Positions 16,501-24,957 of a DNA stretch of 32,000 nt are shown in pieces; the first letter of the stretch is position 1; every line of letters begins with the position of its first letter. Below the pieces are notes generated by a model, which was not told the origin of the DNA, made no database searches, and was given only the letters and a program-made list of their open reading frames with translations. Source of the DNA: Nostoc sp. PCC 7120 = FACHB-418 (GTDB taxonomy: Bacteria > Cyanobacteriota > Cyanobacteriia > Cyanobacteriales > Nostocaceae). Position numbers and translations under genes: made by a program. The DNA lies in the NCBI RefSeq assembly GCF_000009705.1, contig NC_003272.1:3150001-3182000 (forward strand), in the 5' to 3' direction.

Positions 16501-16839
16501 CTCCAAAAAAATCTCTAATTCTACTTGCTGTTCCGCATCAGATATTGTCTGCCAATCTAAAATTTTCCAAGGTATTTCTACTTGGCGAAATACAACTTGA
16601 AAGGGTTTATCTCGCTGTTCCCAATAAAAGGCTGTGCGTAAAGCTGGATGGTTAATTACAACTTGATTCCATGCAGTTTTTAAGGCGTTTATATCTAGTT
16701 TTCCTTCCAGATACAAGCAAACCTGTGGCACATATACCCCTGCTTGGGGGGTTAGCAAGGTATGAAACAGCATTCCTTGCTGCATGGGTGATAGGGGATA
16801 GATATTTTCTATATTTTTGCGTTTATCCACAGGTTGCAT
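13531..16839 (-). CDS. NRPS subunit 3: DCL-type C-A(Ser-like)-T
   Basis: N-terminus MQPVDKRKNIENIYPLSPMQQGMLFH (DCL/COM-acceptor style). QHHLILDGWS (~16381-16410). A: AIYIIYTSGSTGTPKG (~14950-14995). Manual code DVWHISLIDK (the Ser code is DVWHLSLIDK). T: FFELGGNSL (~13711-13740). The stop overlaps the NRPS4 start (ATGA at 13534-13531). Confidence 0.95.
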   Translation of the reverse strand: MQPVDKRKNIENIYPLSPMQQGMLFHTLLTPQAGVYVPQVCLYLEGKLDINALKTAWNQVVINHPALRTAFYWEQRDKPFQVVFRQVEIPWKILDWQTISDAEQQVELEIFLESDRTFSFDIKQPPLLRLTLIQLSATKYILIWTQHHLILDGWSSALVIKEVFQNYYNSPSYYPNSRPYGDYIAWLQQQDKIAAKTFWQKQLAGFTTPTVIQRFAQRENKNLTPQEQTRSLTPNQTTGLQQWAKEQQLTLNTLLQGAFALLLSRYCNTTDVVFGATSSGRPATLAGVESMVGLFINTLPVRVQVSPTDDLVEWLQKLQAQQAEALEYEYTSLLEIQEWSELTPGTSLFDSILVFENYPVDTSGISQNQDLRIIDIQSLEWTSFPLTMLVSVGNQLSLKVKYDRNRFTDNAITQLLEHFCNLLLGMSQPGQTIGNLPLLTQQEYETIHKWNQTEAYYPLECIHQQFDIQVERTPDDVAVVFEEQQLTYRELNQRANQLAHYLQTWGVQPETPVGIYIERSLEMVIGILGILKAGGCYVPLDPAYPASRLTYIINETQVPVVLTQESLLEKLLGFTSSQASSKVLNKTLCLCLDTDWQEITQKPDNNPITNVNHEDAIYIIYTSGSTGTPKGVINTHRGVSNRLYWMQQQYGLERGEVVLQKTPFSFDVSVWEFFWTLLNGGRLVMSKPGGHQDPNYLLEIIAQHKITTLHFVPTMLGVFLEAPNLNERCHSLKRVICSGEALSIEIQNRFFQHLDAELHNLYGPTEAAIDVTYWQCQPTDNLHTVPIGRPITNTQIYLLNDYLQPVPLGIPGEIYIGGVGVARGYWKRPDLTTERFVGGLGTGDWGLGTGEKNNPTLNSQLSTQHSALSTLYKTGDLARYLPDGNLEYLGRLDNQVKIRGLRIELGEIEAVINQHPDVQQAVVILDSKQADNQRLGAYVVQKSTSLESPDFTSELEKLLASQLPEYMLPSVFVMLSELPLLPNGKINRQALPTPETVRHANQSYIAPRNSTETIIANILADVLRLERMGVDENFFELGGNSLSAIRVTSRLREAFQLDLPLHSVFEKPTIAGLAERIMILQQSIQQMQTTPSEQSGRKEISL
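13543..13548 (-). promoter_or_regulatory. Shine-Dalgarno-like AAGGAG for NRPS4, embedded in the last codons of NRPS3
   Basis: Minus strand reads GTAAGGAGATATCGCTATGA. AAGGAG ends 8 nt before the ATG at 13534, and the ATG overlaps the upstream TGA. Confidence 0.5.
14229..14277. repeat. (GAGTGCT)x4 + (GAGTTGG/A)x3 heptamer array in the A6-A7 loop of NRPS3
   Basis: Counted directly. Read as PTLNSQLSTQHSALST. Confidence 0.95.
14289..14328. repeat. STRR1 array (CCCCAGT)x5 in the A6-A7 loop of NRPS3
   Basis: Read as GGLGTGDWGLGTG. Confidence 0.95.
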
Positions 16840-16877
16840 GATTTTTGGTAATGTTGTGATGCAAGTATTTAATTAGG

Positions 16878-16952
16878 CTCACGCAGAGGCGCAGAGACAC
16901 AGAGAGTAAGAGAACTCTGCGTACCTTTGCGTTACCTCCGCGTACCTCCGCG
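16878..16952. repeat. CGCAGAGG-family units in inverted arrangement (intergenic NRPS2/NRPS3)
   Basis: ctcacgcagaggcgcagaga...ctctgcgtacctttgcgttacctccgcgtacctccgcg. The left and right halves are imperfect reverse complements. Confidence 0.85.
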
Positions 16953-16969
16953 TTTCAAAAAAACTCCTC

Positions 16970-19900
16970 TCATAACTCTCCCAACAACTTATCTAATTCA
17001 TCTTGACTGAAATCCATTTGCGGGAAGTCAGAGGGAGTAAAGCCGCTAACTTCAGGGGTGAGACAATGCTGAATTAATGAAAGTAGTATCTGTTGATAGT
17101 TTTCTGCTAAGGTGGCGATGGTTTGGCGATGATGCAGTTGTTTGCTGTATGTCCAATCACATCGCAGTTTTCCTCCTGTGACGATGCTGTTAATTTCAAT
17201 CAGAGTGTTACGTTTCCCTCTAGAACTACGGCTATGTCCGATAGATTCACTGGCTGGGGTAAAGAGTGAATTTTCCGAGAAAATTTGGTCAGATTGTCCT
17301 AAATAGTTAAATCTGACTTGTGGTAAAGGTATTGCTTTGATAGTGTCTCGAATTGTTGGCGATGCTAAATAGCGCAACAACCCATAGCTAATTCCTCGGT
17401 CTGGAATTTGCCGTAGTTGCTCTTTGATAGCTTTGAGGGAAATCCCTAGATCGGCAGAGGGATATATATCTAATAATACTGGGAATAGGCTGGTAAACCA
17501 ACCCATTGTTCGAGATAAATTAATACTTGGAAACAAATCTTCTCTTCCATGTCCTTCTAGTTCTACTAACAAGCGATTTTCACCCGTCCATGTTTGGAAG
17601 GCTAAGACTAAGGCTGTTAATAAAACATCATTAATTTGGGTACGGTAGGCGTGAGGAACTTCTTGCAGGAGGTTTTGGGTATCTGTGACGCTGAGAAATG
17701 TAGAATAGGTGTCTACATCTGCCATTGTATTAGAACCTGGGGCATAATCTACGGGGAGAGGTGGTATTTGTTGCCAAGTGGGGGATGTCCAGTAATTGAA
17801 GGCTGCTTGTAAATCGGCACTCCAGGTATGTTCTTGTAGTTTATTTGCCCACTGTTGATAGGATGTGGTTTTGGGTGGGAGTTGGATTTGCTGTCCTTGG
17901 CTAAGTTGTTGGTAGGCTAGTTGCAAATCTTCGAGAAACACCCGCCAGGAGATGCCATCAATGATTAAGTGATGGAAAATCAGAAGTAAGCGATGATTTT
18001 GAGTTTCACCACAGTCAAAATAGGCTAAACGTAGCAATGGCGGTGTTTCTAGGTTGAAACTGGCTTGTAAATCATTGGCAATATTAGCTATTGTGTCTGA
18101 TACTTTTTCTGGGTGAAGGTTTGTCAATTCTGACATATCAAAATAATAAAACCCCTCTCCAAGCCTCTCCCCCAGAGGGAGAGAGGCTTTGATTTCTCCC
18201 CTTCCCTTGTAGAGAAGGGGTTGGGGGTTAGGTTTCTGCGTATTATGTAATTGATTGATGTCTGCTACAAATTGTCGCCAACCGTCGGGGGTTTGTTGGA
18301 AGTGCGATCGCAATCCATCATGGTGTGCTAATAGTTGATCTAATGCTTGCCGTAAGTAATCAGGGTTAAGAGATTGGTGTACTTCTAAAAGAATGGCTTG
18401 ATTCCAATGATGTGCATCTACTAGATTTTGCTCAAAGAACCATTGCTGAATAGGAGTGAGAGGAACTTCCCCTGTGATTGGTGTTTGCTCACTAGATAAT
18501 GTGGTATCAGTGTCCACAATGGCTGCTAGTTCTGCCACTGTTTGATATTGGAACATCTGCCGGGGTCGTAAAGCCAAGCCTTGTTGATTCGCTTTGGCTA
18601 CTGCTTGAATGGCTAAAATTGAATCACCACCCAATCTAAAGAAGTTATCATGAATGCTGATAGATTCTACCCCTAAAACCTGAGTCCAAATATTAATTAA
18701 TTGTTGTTCTATGGGTGTGCGGGGTGCGGTTGTGGTGGTGACTGGCGATAAATCAGGTATGGGTAAAGCAAAACGGTCTACTTTACCATTAGCTGTTAGA
18801 GGTAAAGTTTCCAGGATGACAAACGCTGTCGGTAGCATATAAGCAGGAAGTTTCGCCGCTAAAAATTGCCTTAATTCTGCTGCTTCAATGTGAGATTTGG
18901 GAACAACATAAGCTACTAGGCGGCTATGTTCTGGCGTATCATTGCGAACAATGGCGACAGCCTGCGTTAACTCTGGATGTTGATGAAGTAACGCTTCAAT
19001 TTCCCCCAATTCAATGCGAAAACCACGCAATTTCACCTGATGGTCGAAACGCCCCAGATATTCAATATTACCATCTGGAAGATAACGAGCGCGATCGCCT
19101 GTTTTGTAGAGAGTGTTGACTGTTGACTGTTGACTGTTGACTGTTGACTGTTTAATAAACCTCTCGTCCGTCAATTTTGGACGCTTCCAGTAACCTCTTG
19201 CTAACCCTGCGCCACTGAGGTAAATTTCACCGGGTATGCCAACGGGAACGGGTTGCAGGTTTTGGTCTAGGATATAAACTTGAGTGTTGGCGATGGGTTG
19301 ACCGATTGTCGGGGCTTGTTGACTATTGCGGGGAATGAGCGCATGGGTAGAGTAGGTGGTATCTTCTGAAGGCCCGTAAAGATTATATACGCGCTCAATT
19401 GTGGATTGTTGATAGAGTTCGTCTACCAACGATTTCGGTAAAGGTTCGCCGGCTAAGTTTACTGTCTGTACTGTTGCGGCAATACCATTTAAACGTAGCA
19501 GTTCTCTGGCGGCTGAGGGGACTGTATTGATTAAAGTAACTTGTGCGGCTGCTGGTAATTCTGGTAGTTGTAGGGCATTATCAGCGAGGATGACGCAACC
19601 TCCCCAACTTAGGGGAACGAAGATTTCAAATATTGAAAGGTCAAAACAAATGGAAGTGGAAGCTAAAACACCTGTTAATTCTGCTCTTGTGTAAATTTCT
19701 CGCGCCCAATACATCAGCGTTACCGGACTTTGATGAGTAATGGCGACTCCTTTGGGAATGCCTGTAGTGCCGGAGGTGTAGATGATGTAGGCTAGGTTGG
19801 TTGGGGACTGGGGACTGGGGACTGGGGATTGGGGACTGGGGATTGGGGTGTCTAGGGAAATTATGGGGATTTGGAGTTGGGGGAGTTTAGTTAATTGTTT

Positions 19901-22900
19901 TTGCTGGGTGAGTAACACCTGCATTTGGGAATCTTCAATAATAAATGCTAATCTGGCTTCGGGATAAGTGGGGTCTAGGGGAACGTAAGCACCGTCAGCT
20001 TTGAGGATAGCCAATAAGCCGATAATCATATCTAGGGAACGGTCAACGCAAATTCCCACGGGCGTTTCTGGCTGGACACCTAAACTTTGCAGATGACAGG
20101 CTAATTGATTGGCTTTGGTGTTTAATTCTTGATATGTTAGCTGTTTTTCACCCCAAATCACTGCTATCTTTTCCGGGGTTTGTCTCACCTGTGCTTCAAA
20201 TAACTCATGTAAACACTGCTGAGGATACTGGCGTTGAGTGGCGTTCCATTGTGCGAGTTGCTGCTGTTCAACAGTGGTTAATAACGGTAATTCGTTAATA
20301 TGCTGTTCGGGATTGAGAACTACTGCTTGTAATAATGTTTCTAAATGTCCAGCTAAACGCTCAATAGTTGTGGCTGCGAATAAATCAGTATTATATTCCA
20401 ACTTACAGCTTAAGCCTTGAGCAGTTTCGCTCACGAACCAAGTCAGGTCAAATTTTGCTGTACCACTATCCGCCTCAATTACTTGCCATTCTATGCCCCC
20501 CATATCCAACTCTGGCAAAGGTAAATTTTGTAACACCAGCATCACTTGAAAAAGAGGCGAATGACTGAGCGATCGCACTGGTTGCAGCACATCTACCAAT
20601 TGTTCAAAAGGTAAATCCTGATGAGCATAAGCACCCAAAGCAGTTGCCCGAACCCGTGACAATAAATCAGCAAAACTAGGATTAGCACTCAAATCAGTAC
20701 GTAAAGCCAGAGTGTTAGCGAAACAACCAATTAACCCTTCCGTCTCTACACGATTGCGATTAGCTATAGGACTACCAACCACAATATCATCATCACCACT
20801 GTAACGATATAACAGCACATTCCAAACAGCCAACAAAGTCATAAATAAAGTGCTGTGATAACGCCGACTCAACCCTTGCAAACCCTGAGTCAATTCCGCC
20901 GACAAACCAAACCCATATACAGCCCCCCGAAAAGACTGTACAGCCGGACGGGGGTAATCAGTCGGTAATTCCAACATCACCGGCGCAGACTCCAACTGTC
21001 CGCGCCAATACTCCAAATGTTCCTCTAAAACCCTCCCCCGCAACCACTCCCTCTGCCAAAAAGCAAAATCCACATACTGAATCCTCTCCTCCTCTCTGCG
21101 TCTTTGCGCCTTCCCTGCGGGACGCTCCGCGAATGCGCGAGAAATTTCCCGAACCAACAACCCCACAGACCAAGCATCAGCAATAATATGATGCAAAGTC
21201 AACAATAATACCTGATTCCCCTCCCCCAATTTTACCAACCGCACCCGCCACAACAAACCAGCCAAATCAAAAGGCTGCTGCGCCTGAGTTCGCGCCAACT
21301 CCTGCACCTGCTGCTGTTGTTCAAATTCCGGTAATCCCTGTAAATCAATCACTGGTATATTGACATCACAAACATCAGCAATCCTCAAAACAGGCTGTCC
21401 ATCGACATTCAAGAAATGCGATCGCAAAATTTCCTGTCGCCGCACCACTTCCGTAAAACTGCGCTGCAAACTATCCAAGTGGATATCACCCCGAATTTGC
21501 ACCGCCAAAGGAATATTATAAAAAGGGCTATCCGGTTCTAACTGCGCTAAAATCCAAAAGCGTTGCTGGGCAAAAGATAGAGGTAAGTTACCAGTGCGAG
21601 CAATCGGTAATATTGGGTTAATTTCGTGGTGACTATGTTCTATTACTCTGGCTAAATCCGCAATTTTCGGACTTTCAAACAGATTACGTAATGGTAACTC
21701 TACACCAAATACCTGCCGTACTTGAGAAATTAACCGCGTCGCCAGCAGGGAATGTCCCCCCAAATCAAAGAAATTATCCTCAATACCCACCGACTCGACA
21801 CCCAACACCATCGCCCAAATACTCGCCAAAACTTCCTCTGTTGGTGTGCGAGGGGTTTCATTTACCTGTGATTGGGTATTGGGAGTGGGTAAGGCTTTAC
21901 GGTCAACTTTACCATTAGGTGTGAGGGGTAAGGCTGTTAATGTGACAAACACCCCAGGAATCATATATTTTGGGAGTTTGTTGGCGAGGAATTGCTGTAA
22001 ATCATTGCTTCCCACATCCTGAGAATTGGGGACGATGTAAGCGACTAAACGCTGTTCTCCTGGTTCATCTTCTTGCACGCTTACTACTGCTTGTGATATT
22101 TGGGGATGTTGTGCTAATACTGCCTCAATTTCTCCTAATTCAATGCGAAAACCGCGAATTTTGACTTGATAATCTAATCTACCCAAGTATTCTAGTTTAC
22201 CATCTGGGAGATATCGGACGCGATCGCCTGTTTTATATAAGGTGTTGACTGTTGACTGTTGACTGTTGACTGTTGACTGTTGATTGAGAAATCTTTCTGC
22301 TGTTAAGTCTGGACGTTGCCAATATCCTTTGGCAACTCCTGCACCACCAATATATAATTCTCCTGGTACGCCGATGGGGACTGGTTGTAAATGCTCGTCG
22401 AGGACGTAAAATTGGGTGTTGGCGATGGGATGACCGATGGTTACGGGTTCATCTATACTGAGTTTTTGGGCTGCTGACCAAATGGTGGTTTCTGTTGGTC
22501 CGTATAAGTTCCAGACTTCTTGAGTACAGGATAATAATTGTTGGGCTAGGGTGTTATCTAATGCTTCGCCGCCACAGAGAATTTTCAAGTCCTGTTTACC
22601 TTCCCAACCACTGGCTAAAAGTAACCGCCAAGTTGCTGGGGTGGCTTGCATAAAGGTGATTTGATGTTGTGCGATCGCTTGTGCTAATCTCTCTCCATCT
22701 AGGGTGACTTCCCTTTCTACTAAGACTAAACAAGCACCGACAATTAAGGGTAAGAAAATCTCTAAGGCTGCAATATCAAAGGCTAGGGTGGTGACAGCTA
22801 AAAGGTTATCTTCTGCTGTGAGTCCTGGTGCTTTGGACATTGCGGTTAAGAAGTTGCTTAAGCTTCTGTGCAAAATTTGCACGCCTTTGGGTGTTCCGGT

Positions 22901-24823
22901 TGAACCGGAGGTGTAAATTAGGTAGGCGAGTTGATTGGGGTGTGATAAATCATTGGTTTTGTCGGTGTTGCTGATGAGTGGGATGATTTTTATTTCACGC
23001 AGAGGCGCAGAGGCGCAGAGAGGAGTTTTAAGAGGTTTATTTAATGCTATTTCCTCTATGAGTGGGAGGTTGTTTAATAAGGAAGTTTGAGTTAATAAGA
23101 TTGAGATTTGTGAGTCGTTGATTATAAACTGTAAACGCTCTTGGGGATAGCCGGGGTCGAGGGGAACGTAAGCACCGCCGGCTTTGTGAACTGCTAATAG
23201 GGAGATTACCATTTCTAGAGAGCGATCGCAGCAAATTCCTACTCTTGTTTCTGCTTGCACTCCTATGTTTTGTAAATAGGCAGCTAGGTGATTAGCTTCT
23301 TGTTCTAGTTGCTGATACGTTAGGGATTTATTACCAAAAAGAACGGCAATTTTATCTGGTGTTTTTTCTACTTGTTGACTAAATAATTCATAAACTGTTA
23401 ATTCTGGAATATCTGTAAATGTATCGTTCCATTCTGTTAATAGATTTTGTTCTTTAACTGTTAATAATGGTACTTCATTAATAGATTGTTTGGGATTATC
23501 AACAATATTTGATAATAAAATTTGAAAATGTGCAATTAATCTTTCAATAGTAGCTTGTTCAAATAATTCTGTACTGTATTCCCAAGTTCCCCTTAAACCG
23601 TTTGGTGTTTCGTACATATCCAAGCTGATATCAAAGCGAGATGTAGAATGTTCGGTTTCTAGAGGTTCAATTTTTAATCCAGGTAAATTTGTCGTTTTAT
23701 TCGGTGTGTTATGGAGAACAAACATTACCTGGAATAAAGGATTTTGACTTAAATTTCGTTCTGGTTGCAGTTGTTCTACTAAATCTTCAAAGGGTAAATC
23801 TTGGTGAGATAACGCGCCTAAAACTGTTTCTTTTACTTGGTTAAGAAGTTCGATAAAACTGGGTTTACCAGATAAATTGGTGCGAAATATGAGATTATTA
23901 ACAAATAGACCAATGAGGTTAGCAATTTCTGGGCGATCGCGGCTAGTAACTGTAGAACCAACTAATATATCATCCTGTCCACTGTAGCGATATAATAAGA
24001 TATTAAATGCTGTTAAAAGAGTCATGAACAGCGTAGCATTATACTGTTGACTCAATTGTCGCAATTGCTCAGATAATTCTGGTGATAAAGTAAAAAATAG
24101 CCTTGCACCTTTAAAAGTTTGTATAGCGTTACGTGGATAATCTGTTGGTAAAGATAATTCACGGGGATAATTTTTTAGTTGTTCTTGCCAGTATAATAAT
24201 TGATTTTGTCTAGCTTCACTTTGCAGCCATTTTTGTTGCCAAGTTGCAAAATCTGCAAATTGAATTGGTAATTTTGCTAAGGTTTGACCTTGATAAAGTG
24301 AGATTAATTCCCGCACCAAAACACGAAATGACCAGTAATCTGTAATGATGTGGTGCATGACCAAAATCAATACAAATTCAGTATCACTCAGTTGTAGTAA
24401 CGCCACACGTAATAAAGGCGGTTCTGTAAGTTGAAACGGTTGCTCTGTGAGTAATTTAGCTTGCTGTATGACTTGTGATTCTTGATTTTCTGGTGATAAT
24501 TCCCGCAAATCAATTATAGGTAGATTTATTTTGACGTTTACAGCAATATTCTGTACAGGTTCATCATTAATTACAGCAAAACTGGTGCGTAAAATCTCAT
24601 GACGCAACAAAATTGATTGTAAACTTTGCTCTAGGCGCGTGACATCGAGATTACCCGTCAACCTTAAAGCCGCAGGTACGTTATAAACTGATAATCCTGG
24701 CTGTAATTTATCTAGAAACCACAATCTTTTTTGAGCAAAAGAAAGCGGAAAATGTTGTTTGGTGGCTTTTTGTTGTAGTAGTTTCGCTAATAGTTCGCGT
24801 TTTTGGGATGTGGAAATATTCAT
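16970..24823 (-). CDS. NRPS subunit 2: C-A(Gly)-T-C-A(Ala-like)-T-E
   Basis: C1 MHHIITDYWS (~24331-24360). A1 LAYLIYTSGSTGTPKG with manual code DILQLGLIWK (canonical Gly). T1 FFDLGGHSL (~21741-21770). C2 LHHIIADAWS (~21170-21200). A2 LAYIIYTSGTTGIPKG with code DLFNNALTYK. T2 FFRLGGDSI (~18611-18640, the GGDSI type that precedes E domains). E: PLTPIQQWFF, FHHLIIDGISW (~17945-17980). C-terminal ...FSQDELDKLLGEL (COM-donor style). Confidence 0.95.
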   Translation of the reverse strand: MNISTSQKRELLAKLLQQKATKQHFPLSFAQKRLWFLDKLQPGLSVYNVPAALRLTGNLDVTRLEQSLQSILLRHEILRTSFAVINDEPVQNIAVNVKINLPIIDLRELSPENQESQVIQQAKLLTEQPFQLTEPPLLRVALLQLSDTEFVLILVMHHIITDYWSFRVLVRELISLYQGQTLAKLPIQFADFATWQQKWLQSEARQNQLLYWQEQLKNYPRELSLPTDYPRNAIQTFKGARLFFTLSPELSEQLRQLSQQYNATLFMTLLTAFNILLYRYSGQDDILVGSTVTSRDRPEIANLIGLFVNNLIFRTNLSGKPSFIELLNQVKETVLGALSHQDLPFEDLVEQLQPERNLSQNPLFQVMFVLHNTPNKTTNLPGLKIEPLETEHSTSRFDISLDMYETPNGLRGTWEYSTELFEQATIERLIAHFQILLSNIVDNPKQSINEVPLLTVKEQNLLTEWNDTFTDIPELTVYELFSQQVEKTPDKIAVLFGNKSLTYQQLEQEANHLAAYLQNIGVQAETRVGICCDRSLEMVISLLAVHKAGGAYVPLDPGYPQERLQFIINDSQISILLTQTSLLNNLPLIEEIALNKPLKTPLCASAPLREIKIIPLISNTDKTNDLSHPNQLAYLIYTSGSTGTPKGVQILHRSLSNFLTAMSKAPGLTAEDNLLAVTTLAFDIAALEIFLPLIVGACLVLVEREVTLDGERLAQAIAQHQITFMQATPATWRLLLASGWEGKQDLKILCGGEALDNTLAQQLLSCTQEVWNLYGPTETTIWSAAQKLSIDEPVTIGHPIANTQFYVLDEHLQPVPIGVPGELYIGGAGVAKGYWQRPDLTAERFLNQQSTVNSQQSTVNTLYKTGDRVRYLPDGKLEYLGRLDYQVKIRGFRIELGEIEAVLAQHPQISQAVVSVQEDEPGEQRLVAYIVPNSQDVGSNDLQQFLANKLPKYMIPGVFVTLTALPLTPNGKVDRKALPTPNTQSQVNETPRTPTEEVLASIWAMVLGVESVGIEDNFFDLGGHSLLATRLISQVRQVFGVELPLRNLFESPKIADLARVIEHSHHEINPILPIARTGNLPLSFAQQRFWILAQLEPDSPFYNIPLAVQIRGDIHLDSLQRSFTEVVRRQEILRSHFLNVDGQPVLRIADVCDVNIPVIDLQGLPEFEQQQQVQELARTQAQQPFDLAGLLWRVRLVKLGEGNQVLLLTLHHIIADAWSVGLLVREISRAFAERPAGKAQRRREEERIQYVDFAFWQREWLRGRVLEEHLEYWRGQLESAPVMLELPTDYPRPAVQSFRGAVYGFGLSAELTQGLQGLSRRYHSTLFMTLLAVWNVLLYRYSGDDDIVVGSPIANRNRVETEGLIGCFANTLALRTDLSANPSFADLLSRVRATALGAYAHQDLPFEQLVDVLQPVRSLSHSPLFQVMLVLQNLPLPELDMGGIEWQVIEADSGTAKFDLTWFVSETAQGLSCKLEYNTDLFAATTIERLAGHLETLLQAVVLNPEQHINELPLLTTVEQQQLAQWNATQRQYPQQCLHELFEAQVRQTPEKIAVIWGEKQLTYQELNTKANQLACHLQSLGVQPETPVGICVDRSLDMIIGLLAILKADGAYVPLDPTYPEARLAFIIEDSQMQVLLTQQKQLTKLPQLQIPIISLDTPIPSPQSPVPSPQSPTNLAYIIYTSGTTGIPKGVAITHQSPVTLMYWAREIYTRAELTGVLASTSICFDLSIFEIFVPLSWGGCVILADNALQLPELPAAAQVTLINTVPSAARELLRLNGIAATVQTVNLAGEPLPKSLVDELYQQSTIERVYNLYGPSEDTTYSTHALIPRNSQQAPTIGQPIANTQVYILDQNLQPVPVGIPGEIYLSGAGLARGYWKRPKLTDERFIKQSTVNSQQSTVNTLYKTGDRARYLPDGNIEYLGRFDHQVKLRGFRIELGEIEALLHQHPELTQAVAIVRNDTPEHSRLVAYVVPKSHIEAAELRQFLAAKLPAYMLPTAFVILETLPLTANGKVDRFALPIPDLSPVTTTTAPRTPIEQQLINIWTQVLGVESISIHDNFFRLGGDSILAIQAVAKANQQGLALRPRQMFQYQTVAELAAIVDTDTTLSSEQTPITGEVPLTPIQQWFFEQNLVDAHHWNQAILLEVHQSLNPDYLRQALDQLLAHHDGLRSHFQQTPDGWRQFVADINQLHNTQKPNPQPLLYKGRGEIKASLPLGERLGEGFYYFDMSELTNLHPEKVSDTIANIANDLQASFNLETPPLLRLAYFDCGETQNHRLLLIFHHLIIDGISWRVFLEDLQLAYQQLSQGQQIQLPPKTTSYQQWANKLQEHTWSADLQAAFNYWTSPTWQQIPPLPVDYAPGSNTMADVDTYSTFLSVTDTQNLLQEVPHAYRTQINDVLLTALVLAFQTWTGENRLLVELEGHGREDLFPSINLSRTMGWFTSLFPVLLDIYPSADLGISLKAIKEQLRQIPDRGISYGLLRYLASPTIRDTIKAIPLPQVRFNYLGQSDQIFSENSLFTPASESIGHSRSSRGKRNTLIEINSIVTGGKLRCDWTYSKQLHHRQTIATLAENYQQILLSLIQHCLTPEVSGFTPSDFPQMDFSQDELDKLLGEL
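17000..18480 (-). other. Epimerisation (E) domain
   Basis: PLTPIQQWFF and HHLIIDGISW, preceded by a GGDSI carrier and followed by a DCL-type C domain in the next subunit. Confidence 0.85.
18150..18236. repeat. Double-hairpin MITE-like element, inverted relative to the 27189/29031 copies, inside the E domain
   Basis: cctctccaagcctctcccccagagggagagaggctttgatttctccccttcccttgtagagaaggggttgggggttaggtttc. Read as KPNPQPLLYKGRGEIKASLPLGERLGEG. Confidence 0.85.
19115..19152. repeat. STRR3 array (GTTGACT)x5 in the A6-A7 loop of NRPS2-A2
   Basis: Read as KQSTVNSQQSTVN. Confidence 0.95.
19801..19848. repeat. STRR1 array (GGGGACT/GGGGATT, ~6.5 units) just upstream of the A3 motif of NRPS2-A2
   Basis: Coding strand CCCCAGT, read as PIPSPQSPVPSPQSP. 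Confidence 0.95.
21085..21139. repeat. CTCTGCG/CTTTGCG-family repeat inside the second C domain of NRPS2
   Basis: cctcctctctgcgtctttgcgccttccctgcgggacgctccgcgaatgcgcg, read as FAERPAGKAQRRREEE. Confidence 0.75.
22244..22285. repeat. STRR3 array (GTTGACT x5, GTTGATT x1) in the A6-A7 loop of NRPS2-A1
   Basis: Read as NQQSTVNSQQSTVN. Confidence 0.95.
22995..23025. repeat. CTCACGCAGAGG-family repeat upstream of the A3 motif of NRPS2-A1
   Basis: tcacgcagaggcgcagaggcgcagagaggag, read as PLCASAPLRE. Confidence 0.85.
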
Positions 24824-24852
24824 AATTTAATCAAGTAAAATAATATTTTTTC

Positions 24853-24957
24853 CTCACGCAGAGGCGCAGAGGCGCAAAGAGGAGAAAAGAGAGATAGTTT
24901 GATTAGAAAATTATCTCCTCTCCTCCTATTCTTCGCGTCTTTGCGTCTTTGCGTGAG
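24853..24957. repeat. CTCACGCAGAGG-family units in inverted arrangement spanning the NRPS1 stop and the NRPS1/NRPS2 intergenic gap
   Basis: ctcacgcagaggcgcagaggcgcaaagaggag ... ctcctctcctcctattcttcgcgtctttgcgtctttgcgtgag. The right arm encodes ...LSHAKTQRREE*. Confidence 0.85.

Noticed and set aside
16878-16952. Intrinsic terminators at the intergenic hairpins (also 24853..24957)
   Set aside because: On the transcribed (minus) strand the hairpins are not followed by a U-tract. At 16952-16966 the T-run lies upstream of the hairpin, not downstream. The genes on both sides form one assembly line, so read-through is expected.
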